Origin: Paragordius varius
Taxonomy: Eukaryota; Animalia; Nematomorpha
Direction: 5' to 3'
Assembly (NCBI GenBank): GCA_964247055.1
Contig: OZ176050.1
Coordinates: 6,696,001 to 6,760,000, forward strand
Length of the DNA: 64,000 bases
Shown: in pieces, positions 1-13,100 of the stretch
How the letters are laid out: each line of letters opens with the position of its first letter
Numbering within the stretch: the first letter of the stretch is position 1
Made by a program: the position numbers and the translations under genes
Notes under the pieces: generated by a model
What the model was told of the DNA's origin: nothing
The model's input: only the letters and a program-made list of their open reading frames with translations
Database searches by the model: none

Positions 1-633
1 ATCAAAGGGCGATAAATATTTTTGAGTTTCAAAACGGGCTTCTAATTCTTTCAATTGGTAGGTGGTAAAAGCTGTTCTAACTTTTCGTCTTTTTGGGAAT
101 GGATAGGTCATACCAGGCAAGTTCTTGAAAAACGGTGTTGAGCTATGTTTACTCAACTCCGAATAACATTGTAATAAGGTATTTTGATAATAATTAGCCA
201 ACAATGTATAATCTTTTGTGTTAACAATTTTGCGTTTTAAGCCGTCTGCGCGCGCTGATGTTTTGATCGATTTTAGATAAGGATTTAATATAGATTGAGT
301 ATCTCTTTGTAGAGTATCCGGATTTTTAATAATTTTATCTTTAATTTCATTAGGTATTGAAAACGTTGGTGTGGAAAAATTTGATTGAAATTGTTTTGCT
401 GGATTGTTGGATAAGTCGCATACGTTATTTGTAATGAAATTTAAATTTGGATTAGAAAACAATAGTGATTTATAGTAAAAATGGTTGTGGCAAGATGGTA
501 TTGAAAAATAATCAAATGGATTAATAGGCAATTTATTTTCCGCCGCGTTTGACAATCTCTCGAAGTGATTGCGGGTGAGAGTTGGATTATCTTCTACGAT
601 GGATTTGTCCAAGATTTTATTTATGGTGAACAT
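1..633 (-). CDS. NK-like (ANTP class) homeobox gene, Lbx/ladybird-like; partial, runs off the window start inside the homeodomain
   Basis: Stop-free minus frame of 211 codons from ATG at 633 to base 1. It begins MFTINKIL (eh1-like FxIxxIL motif) and ends PKRRKVRTAFTTYQLKELEARFETQKYLSPFD (homeodomain N-arm, helix 1 and loop). RTAFT..Q..ELE.RF..QKYLSP.D best fits Lbx, but helix 3 is outside the window. Missed by the ORF track because there is no stop codon in the window. Confidence 0.88.
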   Translation of the reverse strand, partial: MFTINKILDKSIVEDNPTLTRNHFERLSNAAENKLPINPFDYFSIPSCHNHFYYKSLLFSNPNLNFITNNVCDLSNNPAKQFQSNFSTPTFSIPNEIKDKIIKNPDTLQRDTQSILNPYLKSIKTSARADGLKRKIVNTKDYTLLANYYQNTLLQCYSELSKHSSTPFFKNLPGMTYPFPKRRKVRTAFTTYQLKELEARFETQKYLSPFD

Positions 634-3600
634 ATAAAATGATTTTAGTTAATTAATTATGAATAATCAATTTCGATTGCAGTAGGAATACTGATTTATT
701 AGTTTTTGGAAACCCAAAATAGATCTGTAGTCTTGGTAAAAACAAAATGCTCTTCTTTAAAATTAAATAAGGGGATGTTTATTTTTTCTTAAATTTAATC
801 AATGTGAATCATACAAAAAATTAAAAGCACCGCAAACGTTTCGTTTACCCCTTCTATACTTATCATATATATTTTGAGACAATTAGTCTTTAAAGGGTTG
901 TAATGATTACTACTTTACACCTTGTTCCAAATATAGGGGATACATGTTAAATGTTTAAAAAGAGTATAATACAATATTAATAAAAGAAACTCTAGTAAAA
1001 ACATGGATTCTATACCTCAAAACATTTGAGATTTTACTTTAATGCACTCTAGGCAGCATCCAAAACATATTTTTTTGGATGTGGTTACAATATATGTAAA
1101 AAAATTGCCATGTGTGTTTGGGTATAAATTTGTCCATATTTAAATATTCGACGCCAAAATGCTCGACAAAATGGCATATTAGTGTTACAACAATATACCT
1201 ATACCATATTGCGATTCCGAAAAAAGGCATTAACAAAACCTTTTAATAAAAGGCCACAAGATTTGGATATCTTTATTTTATATATAGTTATTTGAATATA
1301 TATTTATACACAACAACTCAAAATGTTGGTGACTTTAAGGCTCCCGCTGAGAAAGTTTGGCTGTCATCAAGATTTTCCTGACTTTCAAGTACCATCTAAT
1401 GTCTCTCCCCCAAATAGATATAGTGTGTCAAATTAAATGTGTTTTTATTACACATATTATAATCATTTTTTGTATAAAAATTTATTATATCATAAGAAAT
1501 TAATTTTAAATACAATAATTTATTCATTCTTTACCCAAAATTATATATATGACATAAGGTGCGTTTTTGTGGTCTTTTCATTATTCTATAAATCAAAATT
1601 GTGATTTTGTTTCTTATGAAGTGGTAAAAACATAAACAGCCATAACTCTAATATGGATTGTATAAAAATTTTCACTTATTTTATAAAGAATAATCAATTT
1701 GTTTCACATTTTGTTGACTATTGATAATTTTAATGTGTAATTTTTGTGTGAATACGGTATTAATCATATTATAAACAGTTTCAAATTTTAATTCCAAGAA
1801 ACGCTTTTATTCAAAAGATTTGCGCTTAAAAATTATTAATAATTATATACACTTTATGTATTGTTCTCATAATTATAACTGTAATTATTAACGAAATTAC
1901 GAAAAGGTTTTTGGATTGAACAAGCAAGCGGCATTGAGTGTGAAACAATCATTTACACCTTGTAACTCTTTGATACTGTGGAGAGTAAACTCTAAATAAT
2001 TATTTTAATAATAATATACTACAGATAATTATCTAACCTTTTTGAGTTCATTATCATCATCATGTTTATATACTGACTAATTATTATCGTTAAAATTATA
2101 TTATATTAGATTTATAGAAAATTTAAACGAAATTAGACAAAAGGTTTATATATTATATATAAATAGCTTACCTAAAACATAACCAACCATATTGTAAATT
2201 ATTATTATTGCTATGATAATTTTTAGAAATACTGTAATACACTCCAAACACCATTGCTACAAGAGAAGGTGGTTCGACAGAATGTCTGTCCTTCTCAAAG
2301 CATCCTTTTACAATGCAATTATATAATATGAATATTAAAAGAGTAAAAATATTTTATGATTTATTAATGCTTGTCTCAATATTTGATAATTATTATATAA
2401 ATTAATAACTTCCAATTAAGTGATTTTGAGTTAAAAATTATTTGATCAGTGTCATATGTTAATTTGTTATAATAAGTGTTAGAAAGTTTCTAGTTTAAGG
2501 ATAGGTTCAGTATTTTTGGCTTAAAAAGAGCAAACTTATTTCTTATAATTAAATAATTATAAATCAATCTTGAGTCAAAGATCTAACAAGCATTATTTGA
2601 TTGCTTTCCTTGACGATTTTTTATGACCATCACAACAAAAAGAGCAGAATAAATATTGATAACGAAGTGGCCTATTTTGTCGTTTAAAAAAAATATTATA
2701 GCGAATACAGATATAAGCATATTTTTTAAAAAGGTAATATTTTGCTTAAAATTAATAATACTGAAAAATAATTAACTATGCCATAAAGATATACTTCATA
2801 AATGAGTATTAGTTCGAAAACACATTGATGTTTTTAGGGTGAATTTGAATTGTTCAAGGATGAATTTAAACTGTAAATGGACTTCTCTAAATAATTTAGG
2901 AGTATGAAAGGACCTATTTCATATCTACAAGAATAAAGCGACCAAAAAATATAATCGGCCTACTTCCTTAATAAATATAGTGTACTGTTATACCTATAAG
3001 CAGTTATAATATGGTTAATGTTATGACAAATCTAAATAAACGAATTTCAGTGCATTAAAATTTTTTATTATTATTTAATTTTGGTTTTATATCGAGTAAA
3101 TATTTTAAAGTTTTTGAGTGGTTGAATTTATAAGCAGACATACACGGATATATATCTGCTAATGTATCGCCAGTCACATTCAAACCTATTATAATATGTA
3201 AAATCGAACAATAAAAATGCATTTATTTATCTTTGAATATTTTTATTGTTTTCAATCCAGATTGCTATTATTATATTTTATTATATAACATGCGTAAAAA
3301 AGTGAGTTGATCATTTTGCTAAGCGTGAAACAATTTAATTATTGTGTCAAATTGGGCGATATTACGTTAGTTAGAACTAGTTTCAAATCAACAGGTTCTG
3401 ATTCGTTGTTACCGACAACATTACTAGAACTATAAGCGCTGATCTAAGAATTATTATATTCATGATTTTCGTTTTAAATTATCTTGAATAAATAACCGAT
3501 TATGTCAGAAATAAACTTAGATTTTTTTTCGTTTGTGTCTTTTATTGCAGCTACCATTAAATCCATATATAGATGATATATGTAAACATATATTTTTATT

Positions 3601-4129
3601 AGTTGTTTATTCTACATCCGCACCTTAGTTTCCCTTTTATCTATTTTTAGGAGCCAATTTTAACTATAAATGTCCGTTTTTGATATAAACAAGTATTTGA
3701 ATCATGTTACATCATTATTTATTTTTTAAAACAACACGATTTAAAAATATATGTTAACGCTTTTTTTTCTGACCTAATGTTGCATAATTTTAGTATATGT
3801 GATTGACAAAATTTTCAGTTCTATTTATATATTATTCATGTTGTTTTGTATCATTATATTTTATTACATTTGTATCAACGATTAAAAAATTGAAAATAAT
3901 ATATTTAGTAGTTAAAAGTCCTGTACAGGTTTTAAATTATATAGTATTAAGTAACATAATAGTTGGAAGTTTGATTTTCACCTGTTTTCTCTTTATGATC
4001 CAGAGTTGCGCAATTTGTACGGGATTCTTTGTTAATATTTCCCACTCCTTTTAGCAGAAATATTGTAGTTTTTTTTCATACCCTTTTCTACTTCTTAATT
4101 GACGGCCGAATATTAGTCATGATATAGAT

Positions 4130-4416
4130 GAGGGATGTCAAACATAAAGGTTTCTCGGGCAGCAATTATTTCGAATTGGAAAAACGGAGGGGCCGCTTTT
4201 GCAAAATATTTGGGAATTAACAAATATTTTATTAGATTTCAAACAGAAGACTGTACAAAATACTATGTATTTAACAATTTTTACAAGTTCATTTCCAAAA
4301 TTCGGAAGGAGTTATATTTGTTCAATAAAATGCTTTGATTTTCTATTTTTCTATTTTAAATTTTTGGCGGATTGCAGAAATATCTTGAGGGGCCGCATAC
4401 GCGATGGACACCCCTG
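4130..4416. mobile_element. hAT-type MITE (CAGGGGTGTCC terminal family)
   Basis: Ends GAGGGATGTC...GGACACCCCTG, flanked by a perfect 8-bp duplication ATATAGAT (4122-4129 and 4417-4424). Confidence 0.85.
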
Positions 4417-7358
4417 ATATAGATAATACAATTTGTTTGTTTAATTGTGCCTAATATTTGTATTACAGAGGATACTTATAAATATGTTATATTTATATAA
4501 TGTGTACATCCTTTATTGACTCACATATTTATTTATACAATAACAATGGAATAAAAAAATTATATTAACCCCCCTTCCCCCTCACATTTATTCCTTTATT
4601 TGGTCCACAACTACATAGATATATATATATATATATCCGTTGGTTTCCTATTTAATTTACCATCACAATTTCTTTTCTCTTCTTCTGTTAGTACATGCAA
4701 AACCATCTAGAATATCTGACACACAAATATAAAAACAAATATGAAAGTTATAAAAAAACTTGTTCTCCTAATTCTTCTAAATGTGATGATAACTGTTGGT
4801 GCTAGGTCTCTACCAGACCTTAATTACAACGAAGTATTTTTTATTTTTCTGAACACTTAGATATAAAATAATATAATACCAAATGTTGGCGTTGAATTAA
4901 TTTTTTTCATATTATTAAATTTGGCATTGATTAAAAATATTATAGCAAATATTAAATGTAGGAATCTTAAATATGGACTAACGAAATTTGATAATTATAT
5001 ATTTAAATGAAAACTCAAAAATTTAATAGTTTAATTTAATATTTATTAACTAAAAAATACTTAATATCATCTATGATTAATATTTATGTTAACAGGGTAT
5101 CTACCTCAAGATCTTTTAGAAACATCTACTTACCTACCCTTTTAAAATAAGGAAAATAATTTATAAACTGTATTTTCATATACATTTAAACATATATTTG
5201 TTTAATGTAACATTTTAGTTCTTACTACCAAAAATTATTGTGAGGCCCTCTAAACGAAATTCTTATCCCCTAATTCCAAGAAGTATATTTCATTGCTAAT
5301 ATTTCAGTTGGATGCAAATTTAAACTCTGCAACTGAGGGTTCGTTGTTAATCAATTATATTGTAAAATAAATGATTCACTATTTCGATATGATGATATAA
5401 TTAGTTGAACGGTTAAAACAAAAAGACATAATATTATTAATTTTACAATATGTATTATACTTTTAAGGTGTCAATAAATTTATAAACAACCTCATAAACT
5501 ACTTTGGATAATCCCTAGGGTATGTCATAAGCGACTAAACTAGGGATTATTAGGATAAAAATGTTATACAGTGTAAACAAGAAAATAATCTGAGGAGATC
5601 TTATTCTGTTACAAAAATGTGTCACATGGGGCTTTTGGTTTTGGAGCGTGAGAGTCAAAAAATTATATCAACTTTTTAAATGCTCAAAATTAAGAAATCA
5701 CAATATTAGCGCATATTGTTAGATGAAATTGCCAGACGCACCGTGTAAATCATTTATAACAAAACAATTTTATATTAACTTCAGTCACACATTTTTATAT
5801 AAAATTGACCAGTGCCTTTGAAACAAACTTAAGCAAAGAGAGTGCTGAAGTTATAATTTATGCGAGATTATTACATTAAAATATTATATTTCTAAAAAAG
5901 TCATGCTTTATTAAATTAAAGTGTATATTTTGATCATTCAAACTATATTCTTTGCATTATTTTTGGATATAAATAAAATTTTCCTGAGGTTGAAAACTAC
6001 AAAAACAATGAAGTGCCAATAGACCGCGATGTAATGAAATGCCATAAATTTAAATTTTTTAATATTCTATTAACAAGGAGACCTCGATAAAAAATTAAGA
6101 AATTTTTGTAGCTTAATTTTGGAACCATATCAGGTTATTTTCGCAAAAACACATTTTGCAGATGCTGAATTTTTCGATCACCTCATATTTTTGACTTAAA
6201 TGGCTTTTCGACTACTCAAAATTAAAGGCAAACATTATTTGTTAATCAAAGTTTTGAAGTGACTCTTCAGCGGCCATAAGTTATGTAAAATAAAGGTCGC
6301 TTGGATCATTTTCAAATATGAAATTTTGTTATTTAGCACTAAAACTTATAACGACCCATCCACCTCTGTGGCAGTATATCGATAAAATTATTTAAAAATA
6401 AATAAATTTAAGCTCTTCTAATCTATTCAGAAGTAAGTTTATGATTGAGAGCCTGTTTATGATAAAATTAAGTTTAAATGGTTTTATACGCTATTTTATA
6501 CGTTTTTCAAAATAAGCCACCATTTTCCATTTAGCCCCGTCCTCCTCTGAGCCAGAGGTGGTGCAAAAGGCGCTTGCAATCTGCGCATAACATAATAAGA
6601 GTTAATAGAAATTTTAATCAAAACACCTTTATGTTTTCCTAAGGAATTGTATTTGTGATGATTTTTAGTATACACACAATGACTAAAATGACGTTAACTT
6701 TTTATCTAAAAAGTTTTTCGTAAATACGGTATTAACAACTTTTAATTTAAAAACGAAGGTCTTTGATCTCAGATGTTTGTATTTTTCTTTAAATGGCTTA
6801 AAACAGAAGATTCCCATTCTTTTCATGTATAATGAAAGGAAAGGAAATTACCCCAAGTACGTAAGGTAATAAAATAATTAAATGGGAATTTTTTTCTAAA
6901 TTATTTATATAAAACTTTAAAACGCATATATCTTATGGAAAAATTATCACGTATTTTATGATAACTTAGAATTGGGTGTATTAAAATTTACCATAATCAC
7001 ACTTATTTAATTTTCAACTCCTCAATTTGGATCAGTGCCTCTAAAAAATAAAATTACTCGAAGTTACTAATGAAGCCAAAAATATTGTTTTTATATAAAC
7101 ATAAAGCAGTTTTTTTTTATTATAAGGAAAAAGTTATTTCTTTTAGCCTTTTAGGCGCATCATGCAAATTTTTTTTTAAAAAAATGTAACATTTTACATA
7201 ATAGGAAATTGCATTTACTTCCTAATTCAATAGCATCAAATAATCCTAACTAACCATATTTGAATTTACCTTACGCTTAAATAATTATATAAGATACATC
7301 ATTTAAGGATTGACCTTCTGTGCAATATATATATTTCAACTCTGGTATTTATTAAGTT

Positions 7359-7656
7359 CAGGGGTGACCAACAATCGGACTTGGGAGACTTTATGTGCGG
7401 CCCCCAATAAATTTGGATATCCAAATTTTGTAAAATGCTCATAAAATCTTGGTAAAACATTTCTTAAACAATTTTTCTAATTTTGTCTATTCAATTGGCA
7501 AGAACTAGAAAAATTGTTATATTTGCTTGCATTTTACAGTCTTATATTTGATTAATAAATTATATATGAATGCCTATATATTTATTTCGAAAGCTGCCCA
7601 CCGTTTTTTTTCATTTAAAATGCGGCGCGCAAAGCCATTTGTGTTGGACACCCCTG
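7359..7656. mobile_element. hAT-type MITE (CAGGGGTGTCC family)
   Basis: CAGGGGTGACCAACA...TGTTGGACACCCCTG; flanks ATTAAGTT / ATTTAATT match at 6 of 8 bases (degenerate TSD). Confidence 0.75.
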
Positions 7657-7793
7657 ATTTAATTATGGTGTTGCAAGAGTAGTATGGAAGAAAAACTGAT
7701 TTCTATAATAAAATACTTGGGACAAGTTTTTAAAGAAGGCCCTAATGTAAAAGATTGGTAAATGCTTTTAGTTTTTCTCTATGTTAAAGTGTT

Positions 7794-7795
<2 letters not shown>

Positions 7796-7828
<33 letters not shown>
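7796..7828. repeat. (AT)n microsatellite
   Basis: Uninterrupted AT run. Shorter runs lie near 4618, 29490, 32410 and 47610. Confidence 0.95.
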
Positions 7829-7830
<2 letters not shown>

Positions 7831-10186
7831 CCCATTGATATTTCAAATTTGTCTTGTATGATTTAAACCTTCGAAAACTAATACTTTATTTTCACTGAAT
7901 AATTTCTCTTGAAAAATCCATACTGTGATTTAAAATTTAGCATAATTTTGTTGAAACGTTTTAGCATGGTGGAATATCTCCCTCAATTTTATATTTAAAG
8001 TATTCATTTGGTTTACTCTACATAGTCAGTAGAGGTTTATGGAATTGATAAATCAGCTGACATTTCTACACAATAAGCTCTAAAATTTAGTAAAAACATG
8101 AGGATTTTGATTTAAATCGTCAAAATTTGACTAATACCTGTATAAACAATATAAGGTTTTTACTCTTCCTGTACCTAAAATAGATCATGGCCATTAAAAG
8201 TAAATATTTATATGTTATGCAACATTCGGCAAATTAATGCCTTGACGCTTTAAACTCTCAAAGATTTTAAAGCAAATATTAATTATATAACGTGACCTTT
8301 TATCCGCATTTTTTTCCTATATTGACATATGCAGGTCATATTTTCTTTTTTCTATTAAAATAATGAAGACTCTTCGTTTTGGCATGTAAAAAATTATATA
8401 ATTGGAAACAGGATTAAAAAGATAAAGCCCATTCGACCTTGATATAAAGAGAATATATCATGAATATGAAGATATTGATCAGACCTTTTGAAGATTATTT
8501 ACTTAATGGCATTTTATTATTAAGTGTTAAAGGTTTATAAGCGGCATCCATTTAACATTCATTTATTGAACCAAAATAATGTTAACACAAATCTCTATTT
8601 TGTGAAAAAATATGTTGCTAAAATATTTTACAGTAATAAATATATACAAATTTATAAGAAATATATTTAACAAAATTAAATTTAAAGTTTAATATTAGGA
8701 ACGGTTTTATTAATATTACGTATGGTAAAATTAGATGACATATAAATTGAAGGCCTGTGTAATATTGTAGCTTTCAATTTTTTAAAAAATTAATATCTAC
8801 ATTATAATTTAGAGTTTCGCGTCAAAACCATCTTCAGACAAAGCTAGGTAATTAATTTTGGATTAAACACTGTAGTTAAATTATTCATCATAAAATTAAC
8901 TATATGGATATAATATTTGTTTAACAATTGTGTTAATTCTGAAGGTATTATCACGGCTCATGATTAAATACATATATGCATAAAATTTGATACAAGTGTT
9001 GCGATATGATATAAACATAAATTTCATCATATTTTTAAAATTGTACACGTCGAATGATGGACAAAGGTAGCTCAAGGCGCAAAATTTACATAACGGGGTC
9101 CCCTATCAAAAACATTTTAAAATAGGTCACAAATATGCAAATACCGTTTATGATAAATAATTTTGGCATGTTTGGTCGAATAGAGGTCAAAAATAGGTAA
9201 ACATGACTGTACTTTAACTCAAATTTGTATCAAGGCCAAATTTCGAATACAAGATGAACTTTATCATAAAAAAATTTAACAGTATAAACAAAAGAGCACA
9301 AAAATGGGCATTAAACAAAATTTGATTGTGTAAATACAAAGTGATTATACACTTAGCAAAAATATGAATGTGTTAACCAATAATAATACATTTTATTAAA
9401 AAATATTAATTGGCTAAATCGCTGCTATATAATTTTTAGGAATTCATTTTAAGGACATATATTACACGAATAACAATGCACAAAAGCGGAGGGGGGTATA
9501 AAAAAACTATGTGTGTATCATTCTCATTATACTTTTAATTTTGGGACTTAGAGCAATTTTAGAAAGGTACCTTTTTTGTGCTCATTCATATAAAAAAATC
9601 CCGATACTAAATAAATTTTTTTGGTGAAAGCTAAATGTTTTATACAAAAAATATCCCAAAATATATGATAAATTATTAAATATATAATGTTTAAATAATT
9701 TTCTATATGTGGGCTCCGAAAGTCTCAAATATGCAGTAAACTCAATTTTATGTTATTGGTTACAAAAAATCTTACATTCCAATTTTATTAATTCGTTTGT
9801 AAATAAAAACAGCTTTTAAGTTATACGTTGAAAATCAATATATCATTCATTTATTTATGATGGCACATATTACATTAATACAGCGTCTTCGTTTACACAT
9901 ATAAATATATTTATAATAATTATTACTATAATTTATAAAATAGAATGAAAATAAATTAAATAAATTTAGTAAATACTCTTAATTTATCTCAAAATATTGC
10001 GGTAGTTTTGCACTATATGATATGTGTACGGCCAGTTATATATATTTTTTAACTTATAATTTCTGATTGCATTTCAATATAAAATTAATTGTCTGAGTGA
10101 GTTAACGCAAAATATGTAATGACTGTCCAATTTACGGCAAATTTGTATCAAAAATATATCTATATTAATTGTATTGTTATCATATT

Positions 10187-13100
10187 TTAATTAGTCTGTG
10201 ATGTGTGATTTAATTCACGTTTCTCATCGGAATCAAATGTGTGCTCCAATTTTTCGTCAGTTTTTTTGGCATCTTTGAAAAAAGCAGGCATACTGCCCGA
10301 AGTGATGGCTGTGTTTATATTATCTATCCCAGTGTAAGGATTGGATATTTGAAGGCTAGCTGTTTTAGATTCCAACATATCTTTAATTTTTTGTTCGTTA
10401 TCATGTAAGACATCCTCTAAATGTATAGATAAGGATATGATAATAACATATGGTAATATAATATATAAGAAAGTCGGATTCAACACTCATTAATCAAGTT
10501 TAGAAGCGATATAGGCACGTTATACACGATGTTTGTCACATAATTTATCATAATATAATCAATAATGAACCGCAAAATATTAGTACGTTAATACCCTTAT
10601 ATTAACTAAATCATTCTTTCAAAAGTAAAAATTTTTTATAATAAAAACGACTCTATATCTAACTTTGGCTAGTGGATGTGACATTTTGCGAAGACTGTTG
10701 TTGCGATTGACTTTGTGATTTCTTATGGGCATGTTCATGATCGGAAGATACTATTAATTCATCGGAGGAATCATCAGATTCTTCGTCGCTACTGGCAACG
10801 GTAGATGTGGATGCTCTACTACCAGAAGGACTAGGTCCTACACTATAAGGCCTAAAAGATAATAAAGCGCAAGGTATGTAATGTAAAAGTCTTGTGTAAA
10901 AAGGCGAAACTTAAAAGGTAATACTATCCTCATTTATGTAATAAATCGACATATTTTTAGATCCTTATTATTTTTTTATATAATCAATTAAGGGTGGTAA
11001 TGATGGAGTTAAGTTACCCTTAATCCATATTTCTCAGTCCCGTATTCAAGGCTTAACTTAAAAACAATTTATAATTCTATTTTTAAGGTTAATCAGATTT
11101 TCTATTCCGTAATATTTTTAGCACATGGATCAGGGCTAAATAAATTAAAGGCTAGGGCTAAATAAATTAAAGGCGTAATCTTTTAGTTTATATATTAATG
11201 AAATAAGAGATATTTAATAAAAATTGTGAATATTCGATATACGAACAGGTACAAACAAGTGTAAATTATAATAATAGAATAGAGCTGAATAATGATATAA
11301 TACTGAATATGACGGATTTAACCCAAATCTTTTATATCTTAAAATATATTTAAAATAAAAAAAAAATATTTATAAAAAATTGTGAGACTTCAACAACATA
11401 AGCAAACTTTATTTAATCAAATATGGTATTTAATTCATTGGCCCTTAAATGATACCTAATGGCAACGTTTTAACTACTAAAGGTGACATGACAAATAAAC
11501 TAAATAAAAAAATGTTTTGCAAAATTTGATACACAGACACTAAAACCGAAAACGTATAATTTTTTTACAATGTTAATCTTATCTATTAATATTATTTCAA
11601 TTTTTGAACCTAAATATTTGTTGCAAGTTTTTGTGAAAATTGACAAATAATCAATAATTGTCGCTATATATTCCATAACGATTTAATAATATATTTAATA
11701 AATAAAACAGAAATTAATACGCTTTGGCCAAATAAAAATAAATAATTTTTTTCAGCAGGATCATTATACCTGGGGTAGAATAATCCTATATGGCTATAGC
11801 GTCTGGCATCAGGCATTTTAGCACCGTTAGAGACACTTTCATCTGTAGCCTTGGGTTCATGATAGAGTTCAGGAAAGGCCTTACAAAGCGCTAAATAACG
11901 AGCCTACCAAAAAAATTAAATTTAGTTATAATGTTATAAAAATTTTCGAGTCTTCAGAATCAAAAAATAATTATTTAATTATAAAACAACATAAAATATT
12001 TTAATACTTTGCGATAATATAGGTATAAATTTTTCCAATCCAACAGGTCACTTAAACGTTCAGTCCTATTTCTTTGGATAATTCTTTGCCTTCGACTCAG
12101 ACTTGAAAAATCAAGCAAATATTGGGTTAATTGTTGCACACTTTCTTCCGCATTTTTAAATCGACGATCCACAATGTATATACCTAAAAATAAAGTAATT
12201 CATATAATAAATATAAAATTGTAAATGAAAAAATACTATAAAAATCCATTGAATCATATGATGTAAATGATTTGTTTATTTTTTTTATAAAATAACCGAT
12301 TCCAAAGCAAAGATATTGCATTTTTAGCGACATATTGTGGTTTATTTATACAAGCATAAAAACCTAATAATTTTGGCAAATGTGTTAATATAAACAACCA
12401 AAATCACGTAAAAAATTATGTGAAGTACTCATAATATAATAGATACCATAGCTCATTGGATCCGTAACATTGTCTTGAATAAAACAACCGAATCCCGATA
12501 AATTTGTAGTGACTGAAGGGATAGACATGACAGTACACTCAGCAGGTGTATAACCCCATGGTTCATAATAAGAGGGGAAAACACCCAAATGACAACCCTT
12601 AACGAAATCGTCATAATCCATTGGCAGTAGCGGAGAAGTTGAAGACAAAAACTCAGGATGGAATATTATCTAATAAATATTAGCACAGAGCCATGTAATT
12701 TAGCATGTATCACCTTGTTCTATAATTTAATAAAGTTGGCCTGAATCAAAAACTTTGGAAAAAGTAAAAACATAACCCACATAAGCAGTTAAATTATATG
12801 TAACCTAGGTTCAATATTTTAGCATGATTTTCCTTTTTAAAAAATTTAGAGACATTTTTATAATAGTTTTTGCGATAATTTGGATTTCATTTAAGTTCGT
12901 ATTTAGATCAAATGAACATTTATTTGTTAAATTTTCCAAAGCCTTTGTTTCAAGATCTTATATATCGACTCAGCAAAATCATTTAATTGAACAAGAAAAA
13001 TGTTAATTCCAGGGCTTTGAACCGGAGCCACATAGAACCGGAAGCAGATTCCTGGGATTTAGCAAGAACCGGCTCCGTTGGGTTGAGAGGTTCTGGTTCC

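Noticed and set aside
1039-4417. ORFs 1039-1236, 3803-4054, 4135-4338 and 4199-4417 as genes
   Set aside because: No recognisable motif; F/I/L/Y-rich AT-biased composition; the last two lie inside a hAT MITE.
10880-10915. U5 snRNA loop-I-like TTTCGCCTTTTTAC on the minus strand
   Set aside because: Extra T, weak stem, no Sm site; sits in the 3' end of a GYS intron.
11132-11174. 22-bp unit repeated twice (AGGGCTAAATAAATTAAAGGCT)
   Set aside because: Simple local tandem duplication with no spacers; not CRISPR-like.
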